The notes under the pieces are model-generated. The model ran no database searches. It saw only the letters and a program-made list of their open reading frames with translations, and was not told the origin of the DNA. Both the position numbers and the translations under genes were made by a program. A stretch of 64,000 bases of DNA from positions 10,957-74,956 of the forward strand of contig JAVCDE010000033.1 in assembly GCA_030765185.1 (NCBI GenBank), read 5' to 3'. The DNA is from Candidatus Aceula meridiana. Lineage in GTDB: Bacteria > Omnitrophota > Gorgyraeia > Zapsychrales > Aceulaceae. Shown piece after piece: positions 37,800 through 46,056 of this stretch; the stretch's first letter is position 1, and every line of letters begins with the position of its first letter.

Positions 37800-38908
37800 T
37801 ACACCGGCATCCAATCTTTTAAGACAGGCTGATATCCTTTTGACAAAAGCCATTGTTTAATTTCAACAACATTGCGCGTATCATTAATTTCAAACTGCGG
37901 CAAATGGCTATCCTTCTCTTGCGCCGTATGGCCTCCAACCTCAGTCGTAGAGCCAGCTGACATGCGCGTAACACCTAATCCTAACAAATTTTCTCGAAGC
38001 TGCGCGCTCTCTCGTGTCGACAAAGCAATACCCAATCGCGGCAAGAAAATGCGCAAAGCCAAAATAATTTGAACAATGTGGCTGTCTTTGACTATACACG
38101 CTGGCTGAAAATCCGAACCCATAGGCCGAAGCCGTGGCAGCGAAATACCGATATCCGCATCAAAGAATTTATCCTGTAAATACCGCGCGTGCAAACCCAG
38201 CAAAAAAACTTCTTTGCGCCATGGCTCAAGTCCTAGCAAAACTCCAATATTAACCGAACGCATCTTTTGTCTTGCGGCGCGTTCGGGTGCATCCAAGCGA
38301 AACTCATAATCTGTTTTAGGACCCTTAAGATGGACTTGCTCGTACGCTGCGCGATCATAAACTTCCTGATAAAGCGTTAAGCCATCAACGCCCTCATCAA
38401 TAAGCTCCTTATATTCTTCTTCCCTTAAAGCATAAATTTCGATAGATATCGACGAAAAATATTCCCGTAGAACTTTTAGACAATCCTTGATATAGCTTAA
38501 AGGGCTGTGCGCCCTTGAGCCTCCGGTTAAAATAAGAATATGACGTAAGCCTTGGGACGCGATAAACGCGGCTTCTTTGCGCAACTCATCTAAGCTTAAT
38601 TTTTTTCGAGCAATTTTATTGTTGCAATTAAAACCACAATAAACACATTCATTTTCACAATAATTCGAAAGGTATAGAGGCGTGTAAAGCTGAATGGTTT
38701 TGCCGAAATGCTGAAGAGTTGTTTGATGCGCACGCTGTGCCATATTCTCTAGAAATCCTTCAGCCTTTGGCGAAAGCAGCGATAAAAATTGGCTGGAAGA
38801 TAACCTTCTTGCCTGCAGAGCTCTTTTAATATCATCATTCGTTAGGCGACTTAAAAAAGCTTCACTGTCAAAATTTTGGTACTTTTGATATGTTTGATAA
38901 AAACTCAT
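37799..38908 (-). CDS. thiH: 2-iminoacetate synthase (tyrosine lyase) ThiH, radical SAM
   Basis: CENECVYCGFN radical SAM motif and the BioB/ThiH-like barrel. 369 aa, in a thi operon context. Confidence 0.85.
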   Translation of the reverse strand: MSFYQTYQKYQNFDSEAFLSRLTNDDIKRALQARRLSSSQFLSLLSPKAEGFLENMAQRAHQTTLQHFGKTIQLYTPLYLSNYCENECVYCGFNCNNKIARKKLSLDELRKEAAFIASQGLRHILILTGGSRAHSPLSYIKDCLKVLREYFSSISIEIYALREEEYKELIDEGVDGLTLYQEVYDRAAYEQVHLKGPKTDYEFRLDAPERAARQKMRSVNIGVLLGLEPWRKEVFLLGLHARYLQDKFFDADIGISLPRLRPMGSDFQPACIVKDSHIVQIILALRIFLPRLGIALSTRESAQLRENLLGLGVTRMSAGSTTEVGGHTAQEKDSHLPQFEINDTRNVVEIKQWLLSKGYQPVLKDWMPV

Positions 38909-38942
38909 AATTTTTTCTCATAGCCTTTTGGTGAGATTTTGA

Positions 38943-39055
38943 GACGAATTGGACACTTGCGTCCCTGAGCCAAAAGACCTCGCTAAAAGGTTTCGTTCTT
39001 GATAGGGCTTTTGGTAAAAACTTGAGGCAAATTGGGCCTGCCCTTGAGACGAAAG
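38943..39055. repeat. Two tandem copies of a ~40-nt repeat (TTGAGnCGAAtTGG-hairpin-CCCTTGAGnCGAAaG) in the thiG-thiH spacer
   Basis: Seen directly in the sequence: gagacgaattggacacttgcgtccctgagccaaaag at 38945.. and gaggcaaattgggcctgcccttgagacgaaag at 39017... A third copy lies at 44698..44740. Confidence 0.6.
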
Positions 39056-39078
39056 TTTTGCCAAAAACCCCTGCTATT

Positions 39079-39858
39079 TTATTTCTTTTCGTCTCGCAAA
39101 AAACCAGTTAAGGGCGATGACGCGTTCGCTTTATCTGATACTGGACCTAATCCTGCTCGATAAGCCAATCGGCCGGCTTCTACTGCTTTACGAAAAGCTT
39201 TTGCCATGGAAACAGGATCTTGAGCAATTGCGATGGCCGTATTAACTAAGACAGCTGCGCACCCCATCTCCATACATTGAGCGGCCTGTGAAGGGCTTCC
39301 GATGCCGGCATCGACAATAACCGGAACCTTAATTTCGTCGACCATAATACGAACGAGTTCTTTTGTCTTTACCCCTCGATTGCTTCCAATCGGCGAGCCT
39401 AAAGGCATCACAGCGGCTGCCCCGGCATCAACAAGGCGTTTAGCAACCATTAAGTCAGGATTCATATACGGTAAAACAATAAAATCTTCTTTGGCTAAAA
39501 TTTCAGTGGCCTTAAGCGTTTCAATGTTATCCGGCAATAAATATTTATTATCCGCAATCACTTCGATCTTAATCCAATTACCGCATCCGGCAGCTTTTGC
39601 CAGGCGCGCAATGCGCACCGCCTCTGCCGCGTCGCGTGCCCCAGATGTGTTGGGCATCAAAATACAACTCTTTGGAATATAATCAAGAATATTTTCATCA
39701 GCTGATTCTTTATCAACCCGGCGAAGTGCCACTGTTACAATAGCGGCCCCAACAACTTCTAGCACTTCTTTAATAACGCCTTTCTGCGGAAATTTTCCCG
39801 TGCCGATAAGCAAGCGGCTTTCAATTTTTTGACCTGCAATCTCTAAAAAATCACTCAT
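39079..39858 (-). CDS. thiG: Thiazole synthase
   Basis: [23 protein letters not shown] start and a TIM barrel of 259 aa. Confidence 0.9.
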   Translation of the reverse strand: MSDFLEIAGQKIESRLLIGTGKFPQKGVIKEVLEVVGAAIVTVALRRVDKESADENILDYIPKSCILMPNTSGARDAAEAVRIARLAKAAGCGNWIKIEVIADNKYLLPDNIETLKATEILAKEDFIVLPYMNPDLMVAKRLVDAGAAAVMPLGSPIGSNRGVKTKELVRIMVDEIKVPVIVDAGIGSPSQAAQCMEMGCAAVLVNTAIAIAQDPVSMAKAFRKAVEAGRLAYRAGLGPVSDKANASSPLTGFLRDEKK

Positions 39859-39860
39859 TA

Positions 39861-40061
39861 CTATCCTCCCCCGACAAAACTAATAATTTCAATAGAATCT
39901 TTTTCACTTACAAGAGTTGCGCCCCACTTTTCCTTTGAAACAATAGTTGCGTTATGTTCAATAACAATTTTATTACTCTCAAGCCCTCTTTGATTAACAA
40001 GCTCTAAAAGATTGGTTTGTTGTTCTATCTCTTCACTCTTTCCGTTAATTTTTATTTCCAT
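39861..40061 (-). CDS. thiS: Sulfur carrier protein ThiS
   Basis: 66 aa, ubiquitin-like, ending in GG (..ISFVGGG). Confidence 0.85.
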   Translation of the reverse strand: MEIKINGKSEEIEQQTNLLELVNQRGLESNKIVIEHNATIVSKEKWGATLVSEKDSIEIISFVGGG

Positions 40062-40065
40062 AAAA

Positions 40066-40704
40066 TTATTCCCCGTATTGACTAATTCTTTCCTTTAATA
40101 ATTTGGTGCTTGCGCAAATGTCTTCCGCCTGAACAATCGCGCGGATTACCGCAATATTCTTTGCCCCTTGATTTAAAAGACTTTCCACATTACCTAAATC
40201 TATTCCTCCAATAAAAATAACCGGCTTTTGGGCCGCGTCGACAACAGCAGGCACCTCGCTATCACCGAGATGATAATCCTTTGTCTTTGTTACAAAAATC
40301 GGGCCGAAGGCAACATAATCACAATCGCTTTCTTGCGCCTCGTCAAATTGTTCAAAAGAATGCGTCGAGATGCCGATAATTTTTTCCTCTCCTAAAACAG
40401 CACGAGCTTCTTCAAGCGAACATTCCTTGAGGTCTTCCTGACCTAAATGCACGCCATCAGCATCAACGTCTTGAGCTAAATAAGGATCGTCATTAACAAT
40501 AAAAATAACTCCAGACTCTTTACAAAGCGCTGAAAGTTTTCCTCCTAAATCCAAAAGTTCTTCGTAGGACTTGCCCTTCTCGCGCATCTGCACAATATCA
40601 ACGCCGCCAGCAATCGCCTGACGCACGACATCAATCGTAGAACAAGAAAGATTGTATTCTTCGCCGGTAACAAGATAAAGACTATGGTCTTGAATAAATT
40701 TCAT
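40066..40704 (-). CDS. thiE: Thiamine-phosphate synthase
   Basis: 212 aa with HSLYLVTGEE... and GVDIVQMREK motifs. First gene downstream of the TPP riboswitch. Confidence 0.85.
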   Translation of the reverse strand: MKFIQDHSLYLVTGEEYNLSCSTIDVVRQAIAGGVDIVQMREKGKSYEELLDLGGKLSALCKESGVIFIVNDDPYLAQDVDADGVHLGQEDLKECSLEEARAVLGEEKIIGISTHSFEQFDEAQESDCDYVAFGPIFVTKTKDYHLGDSEVPAVVDAAQKPVIFIGGIDLGNVESLLNQGAKNIAVIRAIVQAEDICASTKLLKERISQYGE

Positions 40705-40714
40705 ATTTTTTCAT

Positions 40715-40748
40715 AAATTAAAAATGGCCGCTCCAGCTTTGGAGTGGC
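40715..40748 (-). terminator. Intrinsic terminator hairpin (riboswitch expression platform) before thiE
   Basis: On the minus strand the RNA reads GGCCACUCCA-AAGC-UGGAGCGGCC, followed by AUUUUUAAUUUAU directly before the thiE AUG. Confidence 0.6.
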
Positions 40749-40759
40749 CCTTATAATTC

Positions 40760-40858
40760 CGCTTGGATACTCCCTCCGCTGGCATTATCCAGATCAGGTC
40801 ACGGGTCTTCTGCCAACAGCAGTGTTCTCAGGAGCGTTACGCGCCCTCCCCGGTTTTA
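40760..40858 (-). ncRNA. TPP (THI-box) riboswitch aptamer
   Basis: The minus-strand RNA contains GGGGAGGGCGCG...CUGAGA...ACCCGUGACCUGAUCUGGAUAAUGCCAGCGGAGGGA, which matches the conserved CUGAGA and CCUGAUCUGGAUAAUGCCAGCG.AGGGA cores of the TPP riboswitch. It lies upstream of thiE-S-G-H-F. Confidence 0.85.
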
Positions 40859-40865
40859 TAATGAT

Positions 40866-40930
40866 ATCCCTAAGCCCTTCAGGCTTCGGGATGACCAGTC
40901 GGAAAATGTAAAGAAATTATCCGACTGGTC
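40866..40930 (-). terminator. Two abutting stem-loops downstream of comEC (putative terminator)
   Basis: A perfect 11-bp stem gaccagtcgga...tccgactggtc at 40893..40930, and a 10-bp stem (one G-U pair) atccctaagc...gcttcgggat at 40866..40892. Confidence 0.4.
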
Positions 40931-40956
40931 AATTTAACCACACATTCTGTTTTCTG

Positions 40957-42486
40957 TCAATGAGAGATCTTACGATGCAAACGTGTTAAAAAAAGAAAAA
41001 TAGCGCAAACAATCAAATAATAAGCCCATATAAAATAAGCAGGAATTTGCGGTAAAGCAAACGATGCTCCTGGAACCTTGCTAAACAAATAAACTACAGC
41101 TGTCATCATATTTAATGAAACCTCTAAGCAAACCGCAAAAGCAAAAGCCACAAAGGGTAAAAAAGCTCCGGCAAAAAGCAAGCCTAACCCTAGAGCCACA
41201 ACAACTGAAATACACGGAATCACAAAAAGATTTGCAAAAATTGTGACCGGAGAAATTGTCTGAAAATAATACGCAATTAAGCCTGCAACGCCGAGCCAGG
41301 CCGCCAAGGAAACGCTTAAGGCCTGTAAAATTCTTTTTGAAAATCTTGGCAGATCTTTCTTTTGAATCACCATGTTTTTGATGGGCGGATAAAACAAAAT
41401 AATAAAAAACACGCTAACAAATGAAAGTTGAAATCCAACGTCAAAGAGCGTCAAAGGGTTAAAAAATAAAATTAAAAGTGCTGCTAAGCAAAGCGAATTA
41501 ATCAGGTCGGTTTCCTTCTCGATCAAAAGACTCGATAAAAATACTGTTGCCATGACCGTTGATCGCACCACCGATGGCCGTGCTCCTGTTAAAAACGCAT
41601 AAAAGATTAAAATTAAAATCGTTAAGAATACTCTCGATTTTTGGCCTATCGGCAGCAGCTTTAAAAACAAAAAGATTAAGAATGCCACGATGCCGACGTG
41701 CAGCCCGCTAATCGCCAAAATATGCGCTGTTCCCGTTACTACAAAAAGCTCTCGGATATGTTTAGGAATTTGATAGCGGTCGCCTAAAATAATTGCCTGC
41801 ATCAAGGCAGATTCATTAGGCGTCAAATTCTCGTCAAAGATATTTTTCGCCCGATTTTTAAGATGAATGGCAAATGCTTTTAAAGGATTGCCTTTATTTT
41901 GCTCAAGAATTTCTAGAAGTCCTTGCTTTTTAACACTTAAAATATTACGAATACCTTTTCGTTCTAAATAATCTCGATAAGAAAACCGATTATCAGTCTT
42001 AAAATTAAACGCTTTATAAAGCTTCCCCTCAAGACGAAGAACATCGCCGTAAGCAATGTCTCTCTCACCAAAGACGTGGACAAGAATCCTTCCCTTCTTG
42101 TTCCGCCACCCCCACTTAGTTTTTAAACGATTAACCTCAAAGACAAAACTCATCTTTTTTGTTTTGTAAAAAAGCCTCTCTTCAATATCTGAAACAACAA
42201 CACCTTCAATCGCAGCCGTCTTCCCCTTGTAGAATCTTGCAACCTTTGAAATATCCTGCTTGGACAATATCTGAACATTCTTTAAAAGCAGCGCTCCCAA
42301 AAATAAAAACGCAAATAAAATAAAAATTGTTGAAACACCTCTCCTCTTAAAGAAAATAAGGCTCGCCAGTAGAATCACTCCTGCTGCAGAGGCAATCACG
42401 GCAAAAGATACTTGAAAATAAGATTGAAGAATAATTCCTAAAATAAAAAAAGCTACAATGCTAATAAGGGGCCTGCGGGATTTCAT
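40957..42486 (-). CDS. comEC: DNA internalization competence protein ComEC/Rec2 (no C-terminal metallo-beta-lactamase domain)
   Basis: 509 aa with N-terminal TM helices, a DUF4131-like OB region, and the competence domain LFVVTGTAHILAISGLHVGIVAF. Confidence 0.8.
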   Translation of the reverse strand: MKSRRPLISIVAFFILGIILQSYFQVSFAVIASAAGVILLASLIFFKRRGVSTIFILFAFLFLGALLLKNVQILSKQDISKVARFYKGKTAAIEGVVVSDIEERLFYKTKKMSFVFEVNRLKTKWGWRNKKGRILVHVFGERDIAYGDVLRLEGKLYKAFNFKTDNRFSYRDYLERKGIRNILSVKKQGLLEILEQNKGNPLKAFAIHLKNRAKNIFDENLTPNESALMQAIILGDRYQIPKHIRELFVVTGTAHILAISGLHVGIVAFLIFLFLKLLPIGQKSRVFLTILILIFYAFLTGARPSVVRSTVMATVFLSSLLIEKETDLINSLCLAALLILFFNPLTLFDVGFQLSFVSVFFIILFYPPIKNMVIQKKDLPRFSKRILQALSVSLAAWLGVAGLIAYYFQTISPVTIFANLFVIPCISVVVALGLGLLFAGAFLPFVAFAFAVCLEVSLNMMTAVVYLFSKVPGASFALPQIPAYFIWAYYLIVCAIFLFLTRLHRKISH

Positions 42487-42887
42487 GGAGAGATCTTTAA
42501 ATATTTAACAATTGTTTTATAGGTGGCAGAGCCGATACCCTCGACATCCTGAAGCTCTTGAAGGCTTTTAAATCCTTCCTTCTCGTTGCGATAAAAAATA
42601 ATTCTTTGAGCTGTTACCGGCCCAATGCGAGGAATTTTGACAAGGTCTTCTTGGCTTGCCTGGTTAATATCAATCTTACGATATATATGATCACTCTCTA
42701 AAACATTAACCATGTTCTTAATCTGAGGATTTGTTTTAAAAAGATAGTTTAAACAAGCACCTACGACAATAATCGCCGCCAAGCTAATGAGAACCGTGCG
42801 CTCTTCTTTGGTAAAATGAAACATCATGCAACAAGCTCCAATAACCAAGATACAAAACCCAAACAAATTCCAATAATCAGAAATCAA
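42483..42887 (-). CDS. comEA: ComEA-like DNA receptor (TM anchor + tandem HhH)
   Basis: DINQASQEDLVKIPRIGPVTAQRIIFYR...LQDVEGIGSATYKTIVKYL is the (HhH)2 signature. ATGA overlap with comEC. Confidence 0.8.
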   Translation of the reverse strand: MISDYWNLFGFCILVIGACCMMFHFTKEERTVLISLAAIIVVGACLNYLFKTNPQIKNMVNVLESDHIYRKIDINQASQEDLVKIPRIGPVTAQRIIFYRNEKEGFKSLQELQDVEGIGSATYKTIVKYLKISP

Positions 42888-42968
42888 TATTTTAAACGGA
42901 CAAAATTTATTGAATCTTGGTTGTTGATTATTTCTTGATTATTGTTTTTTGGTGTTTAGTTATTTACG

Positions 42969-44651
42969 TTATATTTTCCCAAACAAATTTAACTGCGTAT
43001 CTTCTTTTTTCTTGCGCGGTAAATCCGCGCCTTCCTCATAACGTTTTAAAGTCTCTTCAATATCCGATAAAAACCTCGAAGGCTTAGGCACATAGACCCT
43101 TCCAAAAGCCATGCGTTTTTGCGTATTTAAAAGATAAAGCCTTTGCTTGGCCCGTGTCATCCCTACGTAAAAAAGCCTTCTTTCTTCTTCGACATCAATG
43201 CAATCCCCTTTTCCTTTAAACGGAATAAGGCCTTCCTCGCATCCAATAATAAAAACAACGGGAAACTCCAGGCCCTTGGCGCAGTGAAGCGTCATTAAAG
43301 ATACTTTTTCAACATTTTGATCGAGTGTGTCATTTTCGCGTTCTAAAAATAAATTATCAAAAAATTCCTGGCGGCTTTTCGCTTTTTGCACAAGCTCCAC
43401 CATTTTTAAAAAACAGTCTCTTCCTGTTTCTTGGTGCCGGGCTTTAAGGTCGCTGACAATCAGCGTTACAGGTTTCCGCGTGTCTTTTCGAATGTCTTCA
43501 AGGAAATCGGCAACTTCTTTTTCTTCATAAAAAAGTTTATCTCCCGAGGCCTGATGCGGAATTCCACTACGTTCAAAAGCTTCCTGCAAAACTTTTTGCT
43601 GTGCATTCGTCCGGTACAAGACCGCGATATCTCCAAAAGTAAAATCTCCGTGGTCGTCAACCGCAACACGCTTGGAGTCCTGGGAAAACATGCTCGTTCC
43701 CCCAACTAATTTCTCAATCTGGTGAACAACATATTCCGACTCTGCCTTTTCACTTGGCACGCAATGGACAATGAGATCTCCGTGGCCTGAAAACTTAGCC
43801 TCAAGGGCCGGAACGCCTAATATGCGGCCTTTTTTCGAAATTTGGCCCGAGGCTTTTAGAAGGTGACTGGCCGAGCGATAATTTTCACTCAGCTCTATCT
43901 TTTCCGAGCCCGGGAAATCCGCGGCAAACCCTTCAAAAAACTTTACATTGCTCCCGCGGAATCCATAAATAGACTGCTGGGGGTCGCCAATGGCAGTGAC
44001 TCCGGTTTGTTTAGCGGCAAGGAGTAAAAGAAGCTTGTGCTGGGCCTCATTAATATCCTGGTATTCATCGACAAAAATATCACTATAGGTTTCCTGCATT
44101 TTTTCTAAAAGGGTTTTATCAGCTTCTAAAAGAAAAACCGTTTCAAGCAAAATATCATCAAAATCTATTAATTTCTGTTTTCTTAGCTCTTCGTTATAGG
44201 AGGTGACTTCTGAATGCGTTTCCTTTAAAGCGCAAGATTTCGTTCGCCCAATATCCTCTAGTTTTTGTTTGCGTTCGCGCTCGGGTAAATGTGGCCAAAG
44301 AGATTTAGAAACTTCTTTAACTTGAACAGATGTTGCAATGCGGTAGTCTTTAAGGGAAGAATACCGCCTTAAAATTCCAAGACAAAATTTATGGAATGTC
44401 GCCACCTCAACATCTTCAACGGACTCGCTAATATATTTTGTAAGACGCTCGCGCATTTCTTGCGCGGCTTTGTTGGTAAATGTAATGGCCAAGACATAGG
44501 CTGTCCCTTTTTGTTCATGGGCAATGCGAGCAATTCGACGGGTCAGTGTATGGGTTTTTCCTGTGCCGGGTCCGGCAATAATCAAGAGATGGCGGGCTTG
44601 GGATTTAACAGCCTGCCATTGTTTTTCGTTAAGGTCAGAGGGTTTTTGCAT
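42969..44651 (-). CDS. UvrD/PcrA/Rep-family superfamily-1 DNA helicase (compact, 560 aa)
   Basis: N-terminal LNEKQWQAVKSQARHLLIIAGPGTGKTHTL (motif I), DEYQD-like FVDEYQDIN (motif II), and the C-terminal VGMTRAKQRLYL motif VI. Confidence 0.8.
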   Translation of the reverse strand: MQKPSDLNEKQWQAVKSQARHLLIIAGPGTGKTHTLTRRIARIAHEQKGTAYVLAITFTNKAAQEMRERLTKYISESVEDVEVATFHKFCLGILRRYSSLKDYRIATSVQVKEVSKSLWPHLPERERKQKLEDIGRTKSCALKETHSEVTSYNEELRKQKLIDFDDILLETVFLLEADKTLLEKMQETYSDIFVDEYQDINEAQHKLLLLLAAKQTGVTAIGDPQQSIYGFRGSNVKFFEGFAADFPGSEKIELSENYRSASHLLKASGQISKKGRILGVPALEAKFSGHGDLIVHCVPSEKAESEYVVHQIEKLVGGTSMFSQDSKRVAVDDHGDFTFGDIAVLYRTNAQQKVLQEAFERSGIPHQASGDKLFYEEKEVADFLEDIRKDTRKPVTLIVSDLKARHQETGRDCFLKMVELVQKAKSRQEFFDNLFLERENDTLDQNVEKVSLMTLHCAKGLEFPVVFIIGCEEGLIPFKGKGDCIDVEEERRLFYVGMTRAKQRLYLLNTQKRMAFGRVYVPKPSRFLSDIEETLKRYEEGADLPRKKKEDTQLNLFGKI

Positions 44652-44697
44652 TTTAAAAGCTATAAGGCTTTAACTCTTAATTCTTGATTAATTAATA

Positions 44698-44740
44698 TTA
44701 AGATTCTTAAGGCGAATTGGGCTTAGCCCTTGAGCCGAAG
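44698..44740. repeat. Third copy of the ~40-nt TTGAGnCGAA-hairpin repeat in the uvrD-like/endoQ intergenic region
   Basis: aaggcgaattgggcttagcccttgagccgaagggtc is near-identical in pattern to the copies at 38943..39055. Confidence 0.55.
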
Positions 44741-44766
44741 GGTCTTAATATTAATTTTGATACTTA

Positions 44767-46056
44767 TTAAAACAATGTCATTTGTTTAGTAAGCGATTCC
44801 CTTTCGCTCTTTGTAAAAAGCTTTACTTTTCCATATTCGCCGTCGTAACCTGGGGCGATTTGCAGCTTTCCTTCACGCATACGCTTTATACCTTCGGCTA
44901 CCACATCACCGGCAATGGCTTTAATATCTTCAATTGGTGCGTCACGCAAGATATGAAGCTCGTTTCCTAACTTTTGCAAAAGATGATAAAAAACTTCCTG
45001 CACAGCTTTTGAGGCCGGGCCAAAACCTTTAGCCTCAGAAACAACCTCAGCTAAAGGCACAAGGCTGTAAAAAGGCCGCGCGCGCTTACCCTTTTCACCT
45101 TCTTTGCGGTCAGCCAATTCTTCAACACGTGACATGACACCAACAGTCACAGGCTTTCCGCAAGCTGGGCAAAGACCTTTATTTTTAATTGTCTCCTTAG
45201 GCGTTAGCCTTACTTTGCAATCGCGATGGCCATCGTAATGATACTTTCCTTCTTCTGGAAAAAATTCAAGCGTGCCTGTGAGTCCTTTATCTTTTGGATC
45301 AGACAAAGCATTGTACATGCCATCATAAGAAAATTCTGTATCAAAAATATTTGCCTCACGTCCTAATTTTGATGCTGAATGCGCATCAGAATTTGAAATT
45401 AAAACGCAGCTGTCGAGCTGACTTAAACGCCAATTCATTAAAGGGTCAGATGATAACCCAGTTTCTAAGGCAAAAATGTGTTTAGTCAGATCACCGAAGC
45501 AATCTTCAATTCTGTCAAATCCACTCTTTGATCCTAAAAGCGCGAACCACGGCGTCCAAATATGCGCAGGAACTAAAAAAGATTTTGGATTAGATTCTAA
45601 AACGATTTCAAGCAAATTGCGTGAATCCAGCCCTAAAATCGGACGACCATCAGAATGAATGTTTCCAATTTTACCAAGCTTGGTTTGAATTTTTTCAGCA
45701 GTTTTGACGTCCGGTGCAAAAACAATATTATGAATTTTGCGCACCTTATCTAACTTTTTATAAATACTTGAGATCTCAACAGACAAAACAAAACGTACAT
45801 CTTGTCTGCATCCCTTAGGAATTTGCGCGTCAACAGCCTTGGCGTATTTGCTTTTAAGCTTATAAAACCCAGGCTCTGCGGCTTCTAACTTTTCTTTAAA
45901 TTCTTTAAGCCACGCCGGATGCACAAAGTCTCCGCTACCGATAACCTGAATGCCTTTTAATTGCGCCCAGAGATAAAGTGCTTCAAAATCTAATGCTTTG
46001 CTTGTCGCACGGGAATATTTGGAATGGATATGTAGGTCAGCGTAAAATTTTGCCAT
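44767..46056 (-). CDS. endoQ: Endonuclease Q-like PHP-domain nuclease (TIGR00375 family)
   Basis: 429 aa. N-terminal PHP motif YADLHIHSKYSRA, then DGRPILGLD, PAHIWTPW, SNSDAHS, LGREANIF, a Zn ribbon CPACGKPVTVGV, PLAEVV and a C-terminal APGYDGEYGKV. This is the same order of motifs as in archaeal EndoQ. Confidence 0.7.
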   Translation of the reverse strand: MAKFYADLHIHSKYSRATSKALDFEALYLWAQLKGIQVIGSGDFVHPAWLKEFKEKLEAAEPGFYKLKSKYAKAVDAQIPKGCRQDVRFVLSVEISSIYKKLDKVRKIHNIVFAPDVKTAEKIQTKLGKIGNIHSDGRPILGLDSRNLLEIVLESNPKSFLVPAHIWTPWFALLGSKSGFDRIEDCFGDLTKHIFALETGLSSDPLMNWRLSQLDSCVLISNSDAHSASKLGREANIFDTEFSYDGMYNALSDPKDKGLTGTLEFFPEEGKYHYDGHRDCKVRLTPKETIKNKGLCPACGKPVTVGVMSRVEELADRKEGEKGKRARPFYSLVPLAEVVSEAKGFGPASKAVQEVFYHLLQKLGNELHILRDAPIEDIKAIAGDVVAEGIKRMREGKLQIAPGYDGEYGKVKLFTKSERESLTKQMTLF

